A stretch of 33,120 nucleotides of DNA from Perkinsus olseni (GCA_013115125.1 JABANN010000392.1:1-33120); one strand, 5' to 3'. Counted from the first letter of the stretch, positions 21,500 through 32,647 are shown. The notes: generated from the sequence alone by a model not told the origin. Numbers and translations: made by a program.

Positions 21500-22720
21500 G
21501 ATCTCTTCGAGGCTGGTCACCAGCCGCTGGTGAGGCTCACCCGGTTAGCGTTCCAATGTCTAATTCCCTATCCTCCAGCTCCCTTTCGAGATCCTCCGAC
21601 GAGCTGCTCGTCACGAGCAAGTTGCTCGGAGCAACTTCAGCTCGGCTTCGGCAAGAATTACTTTTTCACGCTAATCGCATAGACTTCCCTAGACCTGCCC
21701 TGGACGGAGAAGCACAGTCTGGGAGACCATGGAAACATGCGCCATGTGGTCGAGGATGTCAGAAATGAACTCGTGAGGTGGAGGCCCATGAACGATTTAT
21801 CATCCAGGTATGCCGCTTTGGGTTATCATGATTCACCCGGTATATGGCCCTCAAGTTATTCTTGAAGTTCAAGAGTACCCGCCTTTCCGAGCTGCACCAA
21901 CGTGTCTCCCAGAATCCCACCGGCGCGAAAAATGGGATGTTCATCTTCTCCGCAGCCTCCCTAATGCGCTCGTACGGTACGAGCGCACGTACAAGATACC
22001 TCCGGTCGAGGTACGAGTCGTACCTCGACCGGAGGCGCCTCGTATCTCAGGCCGCAGAGATCGATAAGCTTGTAAGTATCTTGGGCATACAATTCCAGTC
22101 TAAATGCCACATTATGATGAACCCTTGGGCCAGGCTTTCCCCCATTCTCTTCTGGGCTGATCAGTCCCGAGTAACCGTCAATGGACTGCTCACAATTATT
22201 GAGTGCTTGAGCTTGGAGTCGTGATAACAGTTCTCGTGGAGTTATACACAGCCTTCATCGTGGCAATCAACGCACCATAACCACTTTCTGGCATCTTAGC
22301 TCGAGTAATCCTCGACGAAGACATGGCTGTAAAATGAACTCAATGGACTCAATAAAGCTCCAATCGATCTGAAGCCCTTTAGTGCCCGAGAGCTTCCCAG
22401 CCAAGTACACCTCTTCCAGCTTTGCGATAGAGACTTGTCCATCGCCGCATGAGAACGAAAGAATGGATAGCTTCTCAATAGCGGAACAGTGCTCCGGAGC
22501 ACTGAAACTTGCCCATCATCGCCTCGGCTTTTGCGCAGAGCTCCGCAAACTTCGCCGTCTACTACCATCTGCTTCATCTACTATATGAATCTTCAACTTT
22601 CGCAAAAAAAACTCATTAGTATCGACATAATCAGAAGACGGTTCTGCTATCCCCCTCCAGGCAAATAGATCAGCTGCTTGGTTCAACGTCTGTTCTCCGT
22701 TATGGCCAGTTGTCAAAATA
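21500..22720 (-). pseudogene. Decayed hAT-like DDE transposase remnant 1
   Basis: Frameshifted fragments in the expected order: AAMDKS, SIDG, HNVAFRLELYAQD (cf. CxxHRLEL), FWETRWCSSERRVLLNFKNNLRAIY (cf. TRW). Boundaries approximate. Confidence 0.65.
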
Positions 22721-22799
22721 TGTTGACTACAGAGGTCTCAATTTTCCCACAACAGTCCAAGGAAGAAACAGATAAGGAGGCTCAAAGATGGAGTCGAAA

Positions 22800-23545
22800 C
22801 GAAACTCCATTCAATGCGAAGTTCAATTGCCTACGGACCCGACCCCATCTTCATGCCCCTTTGCCATGGAAACGGCTGGAATATGGCCCAGCTAGTAGCC
22901 AGAGCTTTCAATTGGATACCAATGGACCGACCTACAGCACCTATGAAATTCATCTGCGACATAGCTGTACAACGAGGTTTGGCGCCTAACGTATCCAACC
23001 AGTTGCATTGCAACTGTTGCAAGCATGGTACCTTACCAGAATACCATGACCAACTAGTTTCGGTCGTGGAGAGTGCCGCAGAACTTTGTTCTGAAGTTCA
23101 GCAGATCAGAAAGACCTTTCTCGGACGGTGGATCATGTGAAGGGACTGGCTGATTGAGAACACAACGCCTAAATTTTGCCATCTGGGATCCAATTTTTCG
23201 TCGCAGCTTCTGATCGGAGCGGCGTGGGACGAGCGAATTGTGCACTACACGTGCCCGCAAGTTGAAGTACTCTCCGTCCGTGGACAGACAGACGCAGTTT
23301 TGTTTCATAAAATCCCTCGCGATCCCGACCCTCTCCATGGTTTGGAGCAGCAGCTGCATTAATCCGGCACCAGTTCTGTCAGCGTCAGTTTTTCCTCGCG
23401 GGTGGTAAAAAGCCCGTCCCGATCGAATCCACAGTTTAACTGCGGCAGTTATCTTGCCGATATCTTAGTGATCAACGTACTCAGAGACGCTGCCTGCTCG
23501 AATTCGCCTGCCCAAAGTGACTTTGTCGGACTGACAATAGAAATA
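22800..23545 (-). pseudogene. Decayed hAT-like DDE transposase remnant 2
   Basis: Ordered fragments SDKVTLGRR, DRTGAGLMQLLLQTMERVGI..CVCLSTDGEYFNL, and a frameshifted IHR/EKGLSD. Boundaries approximate. Confidence 0.6.
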
Positions 23546-23859
23546 GATGGATAATTAACATATATGACTCTGAAATGGATGACCGCTACTGAGCGGCCCC
23601 GATCGGACGAAGCCTATCTCCGATTTCGAGGCTCCGAATGATATGTGAGGCTCGGTAAAGATGTGGCTACGCCGTGCCAGAATTGCGTCCCTTAGCTGGG
23701 AGTCCCAGTCTGGGACGAATATTGACTCTTATGTGTGTATCAGACACACGTTGCTCTATCAGTACAACGTTTTGAAAGAAAGGGGTCGAATTGCGTTCTT
23801 CTGTCGGCCCGACGAGGTCGGGAACGCATCCTGGTGCCGATCGCTATGAGCCCCTGTTG

Positions 23860-26800
23860 ATGGCCTGTTTCAATACAATGTCAAAGAAACTACAAGCTGA
23901 AGTGAAACGTCTTGATGAGGAACTCAACTCCGCGATAGCAAAACTGGGTAGCCTCGAAGCACAGGCCAGCGAAGACCGAGATGGCCATGAAGAGAGGTTG
24001 AAGGGATACAGACAGGAGGTGCGAGGCTGAAAAACTGTATGACTTTGTATTCTTCGAGTGAATCTACCACTATCATAGTGGAAGATAGTAGATATCATAG
24101 TGGCACTATGGTATGGTGAGACTTAATTCGTCTTGTCGATTTTCGCAACGCAGGTTGAGCGCCTTGTAAAATCCTTAGAGGATATGAAGGCGAACGAAGA
24201 CATGGCGAGCCTGCAGCAGGAGCTGAAAGTGGCCAGCCAGTCTCTAGAGGAAGTGAGGCGTGTAGCTGCAGAAGAGAAGGCCGAACACAGGCGGAGTCAA
24301 GAGGAAAGAGATAAGGAAGTGGGAAACTAAGCATGCATGCGATAAGCTCAGCCGATAAGTTGCAACGAAACTCGTTATGAAGGACTCAGGTTCTAGACCT
24401 GAAGAGAGCTATTGAGGCATTGGAGGCCTCGTCAGCTGAGGCGAAGGCGGCCTTGATGAACAATCAAGCCGAAAGCGCGAAGGAGCGCGGCGAGATAGGA
24501 AAGTCTTTGGAGTCCTTGAAGGTGACAGTGGCCATCGCCGATGGCCCATCGGGCTACTGGCAGTCTAAGGGATAAAAGCATGCTTCTCTTATGAACAGCC
24601 GTGGCTATTTCATGTAACTACACTCGCTGAGAGAATTAGGCCGGGTTCATAGTGAGCGAGACAGAGCAGGTAGAATGTAAATAAGATGTGAGAACAGGAC
24701 TTGATGAAGAAGAGCTGGCGTGAACATGGCTCGATCTTATCTGAAGATAGCGTACATGTTGTTGGCAACAACTTGTTGCCTTCAATAAGCGCACTACAGT
24801 GGTAACTCCCCTGCTGCGCCGGGTACGTCCTCACACAAAACGATCAATCGTGCCTCGACGCGCTCGAGCAATCGTGGGGTTTATCGTATGTAGCTCAGGA
24901 AGAGCTTCGCAATGCCGCCGCTAAGCAGGCGGAGAAGGAGCAGGAGCAGCTGCTCCAACTCTCCCTCAAGCCTGACGGTGGTGGGTTCCCTTCATGGTAG
25001 CAGATCATTACGAGCTCCCCTCAGTCGACACCAACGCGGATGTCTTGAAGGAGGGAAGAGTCCGCCTTATCTTGCACAGAGCACGAGGCTTGACGTCGAG
25101 TAGGCCAATAATGCCGATAAAGTATATCCGACCTGTTAGGCTCCTCATCGGCTGTTGCGAATGGTGTGGTATTAGCTAAGCTGCTGAGGTCAAGCGATGG
25201 TGCTGTAGTGTACTCGTGCTCAACTTTGAGGTGCGCCATCGATAATTGGGATGGCAGCTGCGATATTAATGAGGAGCTTGTGAGTTGAGGAGGCGAAGAT
25301 GGTTACGAAGGTCTATGGTCGTAGGTGCTGCCCATCGCCCAGGGTAGGCAAGCCGAAGAGCTCATCGTGCAGATGTCTCTAATGGTATCCTACTTGAGGA
25401 AGGTGGTGCCTGTAGGAAGTCTTTCAGGCCCAGACGAAAGAGTATTCGAGGGAGCTTCTTAGTCTAACCTTTAAGCCGGTAGCCCTGGATCCTTTCTCGC
25501 CGGTAGGACAAGTCCGGTGGAAAAGTCTTCTCAGCGTCCCCCAGGCGCACGTCCTTGCTCGGTCGAAGAACAGCGATCAAGGCAAGGGCTCACAGGTGGG
25601 AGTCGGCAGAGCTATCATGTGGATCAAGAGTGTCTCCTAGTCAGGCCACCCTCGCCCTCACAGCCGCGCACGAGCCCTCGTTCGAGAGTTTAAGAGGGCA
25701 TAATCAACGGCTTTTCCTGTTGGAGTTGAAGGTGCGTATACACGGCGTTCTTTTCCTAATCGGAAAAACATTGTTGCCAATCATAGCGCGAGAAGCGCTG
25801 CATGGGGTATGCTTAGGACGGTGCTCAGCGTCGAAAGACTCACCGGAATACCGAAGTCTTCTCGGGAACAATGCCTGCTCGTGTCCTCTCTTCTCCTGAG
25901 TCAGGAGACCTGCATCCCTATAACGCGTCAGGAGTCCTGACGCGTTATAGGGATGCAGGGACTCTGCATCAGAGTGGAAGTGCCTCGGCTCTTCTTTACT
26001 CCATTGAACAAATCACCAGCATTGACGGAAAACTTGACCTGTCTAAGATAGCCGATTCAGACGCAAGAAACAAAGATAGGCTATCTTTGTTTCTTGCGTC
26101 TGAATCTGGCGCGCTCCTCGTACTGATTCTCAGTGAGAATCAGAGAATTCTCAATGACAATTTCTCACAGATTCATCGAATTCTTCACTCGAAAAGCCTT
26201 CCCGACGCAGTAACAGCTGGCGTCCTTGCAGTGCATCCCAGCGGAGAGGAGAGCACACCCGAGCCAGTTTTCCACCATTTCTACTATGACCAAGCTCAGA
26301 CCCTCACACAGTAAGTCGTTAGCCCTCGGGATGGAAACATCCCGCCGGTCCCTGCCAGCTTTTTGAAGGAAAAGTTCACTGATGCACGAAGAAGCGGCAC
26401 CAGTGAGCCGCTAGTCTGCATCGCTCCAGGATCTGCTGGGACCTCGGTGGCTCCGAACTGGAGGAGGTGAGAGGCCGAACGCCTGCACTCGGCCCAGTGT
26501 GGATGACGGACGGGATAAATCTTGGGAAATTTTCAATCAGGAGAATGTTTCATGTTTGCCCAGAAAGATGAAAGTTTTCATTCTGTCAGCCGCACTGACT
26601 TGGACTTACCTCTCGCATTTAGGTCCGTGATGAGGATGATGGTGCCGCCTAGCAGAGGAGTTCTAAAACTACATGTAACGTCGTGTGCTCTGCTACTCTG
26701 GTCGTCTCATCAGAGTCAGTCACTTCAATCGCCAGCTACTCGTGCCTGACCCTACTTCGGCTACACCAAGGTTGAAGCCCGTCGCTGTGGGAAATTTGGA

Positions 26801-28735
26801 TTTGCGACCTCTTCTGGACGATAATGGCGCCTCGAGTCTCGGGGCTCGGTCGTACGTAGGCAACCTGAGGATACCGCCTTCGCTGCTACCCGCTGCATGG
26901 CAGCACGTTGATATGCGACCGCTTGTGTCCCCTCACTTAACCGCTACGCTAGAGCTGGATGCCCGACTGTGGCGGTCATCGAACGACGAGCGCAAGAAAC
27001 TGCGCGATGGTGAGCTGGTGAGTCTGCATCGTCCCTCGAGCCTACTTTTCTTAGCTTGCAAGGAAGCGACGAAGACCTCGGTGAACTCCACGGATGGTAC
27101 GGTCGAAGCCGTTCTCGCTATTGCAAGGGATCGGGAAGAGGTCAACGCGCACTTGGCAAGGGAATACACGAGACGGGTTCGTGTTTCACCTGGAGCGACA
27201 AGCAGGTTCTGAGTTGCTCAATCGCTTTGCTCAGACCGAGTCCCTAGAGAAGGCTTCGGCGGATGTCGAGAGCTTGACCAGGCAGCTCGAGGAGGTTAAG
27301 CGAGAGAATGAAGAATTGCGGGAGAGAATAGAAGAAGAGAGGGAAATGTGGGACGATGCGGCAAAGCGGGCTGAGTCCAGTGAGCTCCGGGTTGTGAGAG
27401 TATCGTCTTCCATTCGCCCGGGCAGATGCAGCTGCTGACCCTGTTCTAGAGGCGGCCTTGAGGAATCTCTCTAGTCAGCAGATTGTCGCTCGACTGCAGG
27501 AAACGCTGAGCAAGTGAGTCGGATATTCGATTCAGCGACTCGGATGGTTGGTCGATGGGGATGTGAATTGCGAAATACCTTTGGAATGACAGTGAGACAC
27601 TGACCTGGGCTGAGGCCTCGAGATTCAGATACAGAAATGAGCGGGCTACAGTTGACGAACTCCGAAGACGGCTGCAAGCTGCTTCGGCTGAGGTAGCTCG
27701 AGCCCAGCGGGACCGTCAACGTCTCGAGGAATTGGAGCGAATGCATGTGGGGAGGAGTTGTTAGGGGGCACTCTGACGACGCCCTGCAGGTTGGACGAAC
27801 GGAGTATCACCACGAGCTGCAAGAAAAATGTGCGAAGTTGCCAAAGTATGAAGCCACGATCAAATCACAGGAGAAGATCATCGCCAAGTTGGAAACAGTA
27901 TTTCATTGGAGCTTCCGATTTGGAAGGTTCAGGATCGCTGATCCCGGCGTGGAGCTCGGCTCTTCTGGATTCTGGAAATTCCTGTGCAGGGGTGATGAGA
28001 GTTCTGGTCGAAAGAGAGATTGTAGGTTCTCGAAGAATCACTGAAGAAGGCGAGCAAATCGTCCGGGATGCTGAGCGAACTTACGCGCCTCAAGGCTGCA
28101 AACGATATTCTCAAAGCTGAAATAAAAGAACTGAAACTGAAGTGGGTCGGCGATGTCGACTCGACCAGGAACGTCGAAATGCCATCAGCGAATTAAAGGG
28201 CCGATCTCCCCCTGTTCTTCTCGCAGGAGTCGAACAAGGGTCGAAGAGGCTAATCGAGAGAATATGAATAATCGTAAAATAATCGAGGCCAAAGACTCCG
28301 AGATAAGGGAGCTACTCAGAGCCATCACACGGGAGGAGAAGCTTGCCGAGCTACACGGGCAACAGGTGGTCACGGTCTCAGCCATGACGTCGCAGGCGTG
28401 ATATACTTCGCGTGTGTCCTCGGCATCCCACTGTGGTACGGTGATCAGGCCGCTAGGGAGGGGAAGACGCATGAAGAGGGAAAATTGCGGGTTGAAATTG
28501 ATCAACTGGAGAGAGTTCGGGATGAATACGCGCAGGAGAACCAAATTATGGAGGCTCGGATAAAAGTAGGTTGGCACTCGATCATGTCTTTAAACTCATT
28601 CTTCAGAGTTTGGAAGCCCAGCTGGTTAGCAACTCTAAGCACTACGGCCGAGAGATTTCAGCATTGAAGGTGCAGTTGGCGAAGAGCAAGGCCAGTGTAT
28701 CGAGCAATGCTTTGGATGAACCACTTATCGAGTGA
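23860..28735 (+). CDS. Multi-exon coiled-coil protein with C2-like domain, CCDC33-like
   Basis: Heptad-rich exons separated by GT-AG introns. C2-like segments GRVRLILHRARGL and DINEEL|VLPI..ELIVQM. C-terminal KLPKYEATIKSQEKIIAKLE and EARIK|SLEAQLVSNSKHYGREISALKVQL recall CCDC33 C-termini. Stop TGA 28733-28735. 5' exons may extend to ~23570. Confidence 0.75.
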
Positions 28736-29976
28736 AAGTACATGCTCCGCAAAATTGATCGTATGAGCTTTGGGTGTTGCGTTCGCAGTGAAGGGCGCGT
28801 GCGAAGCTGCGCACGTTGCCTCATCGTGGCGAAATTTGCCAAATACTCGAGAAGCCGATGCCCAGTTCATAACATTCTACGGCAGGAAAATGTTCGTATG
28901 TCATGTTTGGCATGTTCACACTATGTTGGTCTCGAACGCGTAGGCATGGCGTTCGAACGGCTGAAGAGGTAGCTAAGAAGGTCTTCACAGAATGATTCGT
29001 GGACATGTTACGGGCAGTGTCAGTCCATGCAACAGTCCCTGCACCGTGCATGATGCATGATGCACGTAGCCGTGGGTGAGACCCAGGACCCCAAGGACCC
29101 GTTGCGTCCCATAAGACGCAAATGATGTCCTGACAATTGCGCAGATTGTCCGTTTTCACCATCCCGTTGTCTTTGAGACATGCCTGTCTCTGTGAGTGGC
29201 TCAAGCATTCTTACGCTAGTACGCTAGTCGTGAGTTTAATGATTTTTCATTAAGTGAGAGTGTGTATTACGTATTACTTTAATGGTTACCATCAACCACC
29301 CACGCTGATATATACATATTGATCATCAATAATTGATGTAGAAGGTGCGTACCCTGTATCAAAGTGGATATTGATATTGTTGTTGATACAAGTCTCAATC
29401 TGTGTTTCCAGTAGTTTATCTGGAAGGCCGTGGAATGAATTAACCGAAAGGGTTCACAGGAAGCGGCCAACAGGCTCTGCGAAGTATGAGCATTGCATTC
29501 TCTGTTGTGCTGTCGATGCTTCACTCATGTTCAGCGCTTCTACGCACAGTACTTGCAGTTAGTGCGAACCTCAGCAGGTGAAAGTAGCTTACAATGTGGC
29601 ATTTAAGAAACGATGGCGTGTGTTGGATCAAATTCGCTGAGCGAATTTCGCCCATGAATTTGATTCCGGTGGCCGGGCGAATTCTGTCTGACAATTCTTT
29701 AATTTCTGCAACACTTGTTGAAGTGCTGTCAGAATGGTTCAAATTAACCGAAGAAAGATTATATTTGATCGGAAAAAGGTGTAGGGGCAGAAGATGAAGC
29801 GATAGTTGTATTGCTGTGAAAGCAATGCTATCAATGAGTATGCTATTACAGCATGATCTATGATGGTTCGTAACGACGGGAGAGGACAGTTCGTCCGAAA
29901 GTACAACATTCTGAAGCCAAAAAAGATTTGTCCTACACCTTCAATGGTCTACATTCCAGGCACTTAGTGCCTGGCA

Positions 29977-30713
29977 CTACAAGGGAGTGAGAGATATGGG
30001 TTGACCTCTGAACTGAATGTCTGCTCCACCTGGGGTAGAGATCATGTACTTGAAGTCATTCGGCGACAGAGCTATACCGCAAACCTCTTGCATCCTGTCC
30101 TTGAACTTGTTGTATTCGGGCTCCGACTGTTCTACCATATAATAATACACGTATTTGCCACCGATGACAATGAATGGGGCCTTTTGAACGTAGAAAAATG
30201 TATTGACCGACGACGCTCCACATGCCACAACAATGCTCACTGAGATACCGTTTTTGAAGCGTAGTCGATCTCGATACCAGAAGAGTTGTAGTAGTAGGGG
30301 ACGAGCCTGCTTTCGCGTTCCCTCAGAAACTTCACCATCCTATTTCCTACAGAACTAAACACACTCGTACTACCGGGCCTCTCGGCGATGGTGAGAAGAT
30401 CGCCATCGACGAGACCGAAATCAGGACAGTTTTCCATAAGAGCAGCGTGCACTTTCTCGACGCCACCCGAACTCTCGTAATCGACGGTATTCTCGCCTGG
30501 AGCGGACCCCGGGCGTAGCGGGAATGGTCCAAGCCGTGGCGCCGTTTCCATACCGATGCAGTTGTAGAAGAGGTACATGGTCTTGTCCTCCTTGATGAGT
30601 GTACGGATGTAGGAAGTTTGTTCGTTAATGTAGGTGTACAGGCCAGCCTGTTGAGCGCTTGCGAGAGTGAGGAGCACTAAGGCCGGAACAAACGACGATT
30701 TGGTGATGATCAT
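29977..30713 (-). pseudogene. Secreted two-domain protein gene split by one frameshift (pseudogene or sequence error)
   Basis: Signal-like MIITKSSFVPALVLLTLASAQ. ORF 30237..30713 and ORF 29977..30240 resemble each other as tandem domains (Y.Y..C..C..L..D) and join with a -1 shift near 30250-30265. Confidence 0.7.
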
Positions 30714-31677
30714 ATGAAAGGGATGAAGCCTGAGGCATCACTAGAATGTGGAATCACGATAGTCTGGGCCGCTGTAACGTCCGCTGCGGCAACCAACTCA
30801 GTTGTCGATAATGTGGGAATATACTTTTCAAGTGGCTACAGTGCCGTACATTTGAAAATGGTTATAAATCTGTCGCCGCGAGCACTGATGGAGTGTCTTC
30901 GCAGCTGAAACATGAGCTGAGCCTAGCTCAGCTATCCTGTCCCCGCAACTTGCGGGGACAGCTGGCCGCAAGCGGTGACGTCACGTCATGTCAGTGACAT
31001 GATGCCACTAAGGCAACAAACATGAGCATTGCTGATTCAGAAACTCTCAGGGGAGAATGAATCTACTAGGATTTTCAGCGGATAAACTAAACCTTTTAAC
31101 CTCCAGTACAATCGGGGGAATTGATGGGAGATATGAGCCGAGGTGAAACGTGACCCCGCTTTATGGGCGGTTCTGATGGTTGGACTGAGAAGGATAAAAT
31201 TACACTGGATAATATCATACCGGTTGTAAAGCCGCTTTACTTCCCAGGAGTTTGGCAAATATGATATCTCGGAATTGGTAGTACCAATAATTGGTAACCA
31301 ATTTGGTTCTCTATTAAAGTAGCGTGACGACTCATGAACTGCGAATCAATTGGGTTCGCTCGATGAGCGTGACTGACGCTAGCCATATCACGCGTGCACG
31401 TGAGATGCGGGATCTTGAAGACTGTAAGTTGAAGTGTCGGTATTCAGTCTCTTCCCGGGTGTCAAAGGGCGGGTTCCAAAACGGGATAGTGGCAAGAGGC
31501 AGCAAACTTATATGTAATCGCGAATACGCTGCATTAGCGCGATATGCAAATACGCCAAAGAAAGGCTTGTGTACCATGACGCATGCTCACGCGCATGTTA
31601 CGCTGAGGCAGTCCGCTCGATTACTTCCCTTGGGATTTGAAAGGAGTACCTGTGTGTTCACCTGGCCCTGATGCAGG

Positions 31678-31833
31678 GCCCTCGCTGCCATGTGGCGCGC
31701 TAGAGTCGAGATACGCTGAGGTCCGCTCTGAGACCGCGGGTTCGAACCCCAGGGGGCACTCCGCAAGTCTCACAGTTGTTGGGTAGAGCTAAAAATCGGA
31801 ATTCGGAATTCGGAATCGGAATTTCGAATTCCG
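31678..31833 (+). other. Degenerate tRNA-like sequence with short tandem-repeat tail (tRNA pseudogene or SINE-like)
   Basis: B-box GGTTCGAACCC at 31739, A-box-like TGGCGC at 31693, GCCCTC/GGGGGCA acceptor-like ends, imperfect stems, then TCGGAAT-like units at ~31794-31833. Confidence 0.45.
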
Positions 31834-31966
31834 CGCACGTCGGTCTCTGACGGTCAGAGCCATACATAACTGTAGTTCTGGTCACTCCTGCAACTCAACT
31901 TCGGGCGATTTTATTCACAGCATATTTGATACATGCTGATACATCATGAATCTACATCTCATACCA

Positions 31967-32647
31967 TCATGAAGCTACATCTGACTCAGGTCGAGGCATA
32001 GGCTGGTTCGGGTCAGGCTTGAGGAGGATACTCCACCGGAATGCACGATAAACAAAACAGCGTGGGTCGTGGTAAGCGAGTTGACGATGTCGCAGATACT
32101 CAGTACAGTGGATAGACAACTCTAGTGCGTCAACAGACTGAACCTTTAGTTGAGTCGTAGTGCTTACTTTGGTCAGTGTTTCATAGGACCTCTCATCGAA
32201 TTCATCAGCAGTGAATTGAACGGGTTGAGGTGGCGTTCTTGCCAGGCCTACTCTTATCCCAGTGATGTTGCTTGCCTTCGTCGGGTCTAGCGCTTCGCAT
32301 AGCTTCTTACTGAAGTTATTTAGGTTGATTTCCCGCGCATCATCGCTTGGGCCCAAATCTCGTATGTCAAGTACAGAAGAATTCTCTCTCGTCCGTATTT
32401 TGAAGGCGCTGCGCCACTGTTCTCTTGGTTGAAATAGCCGTCGTAAAAAAGAGCTAGGCTGCTTTATCAAGTCAAACATGCCCATCGACACCCCGTTCTT
32501 GCTCCGTACATATACCCCTAGGTATGGTACATTAGGCGGGAGATCGTGGCTAGCCGCTACGAAGGAGTCAGGAAATGGTGAGTTCGGAACCGAGCTATTG
32601 GCCAAGATAATTGGGAGGACGAAGATCTCGACCAGGATCGATAACAT
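31967..32647 (-). CDS. Secreted protein, lineage-specific family, copy C (226 aa)
   Basis: Intronless; MLSILVEIFVLPIILANSSVP start; collinear with copy B. Confidence 0.85.
   Translation of the reverse strand: MLSILVEIFVLPIILANSSVPNSPFPDSFVAASHDLPPNVPYLGVYVRSKNGVSMGMFDLIKQPSSFLRRLFQPREQWRSAFKIRTRENSSVLDIRDLGPSDDAREINLNNFSKKLCEALDPTKASNITGIRVGLARTPPQPVQFTADEFDERSYETLTKVSTTTQLKVQSVDALELSIHCTEYLRHRQLAYHDPRCFVYRAFRWSILLKPDPNQPMPRPESDVAS

Noticed and set aside
29197-29205. TGGCTCAAG, matching the 3' end of the dinoflagellate/perkinsid spliced leader
   Set aside because: Only 9 nt match, the upstream CCGTAGCCAT part is missing, and no GT donor or adjacent gene start follows.
29371-29797. Short ORFs in an AT-richer stretch, possible decayed gene
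   Set aside because: Cannot be assigned to any family from sequence alone.
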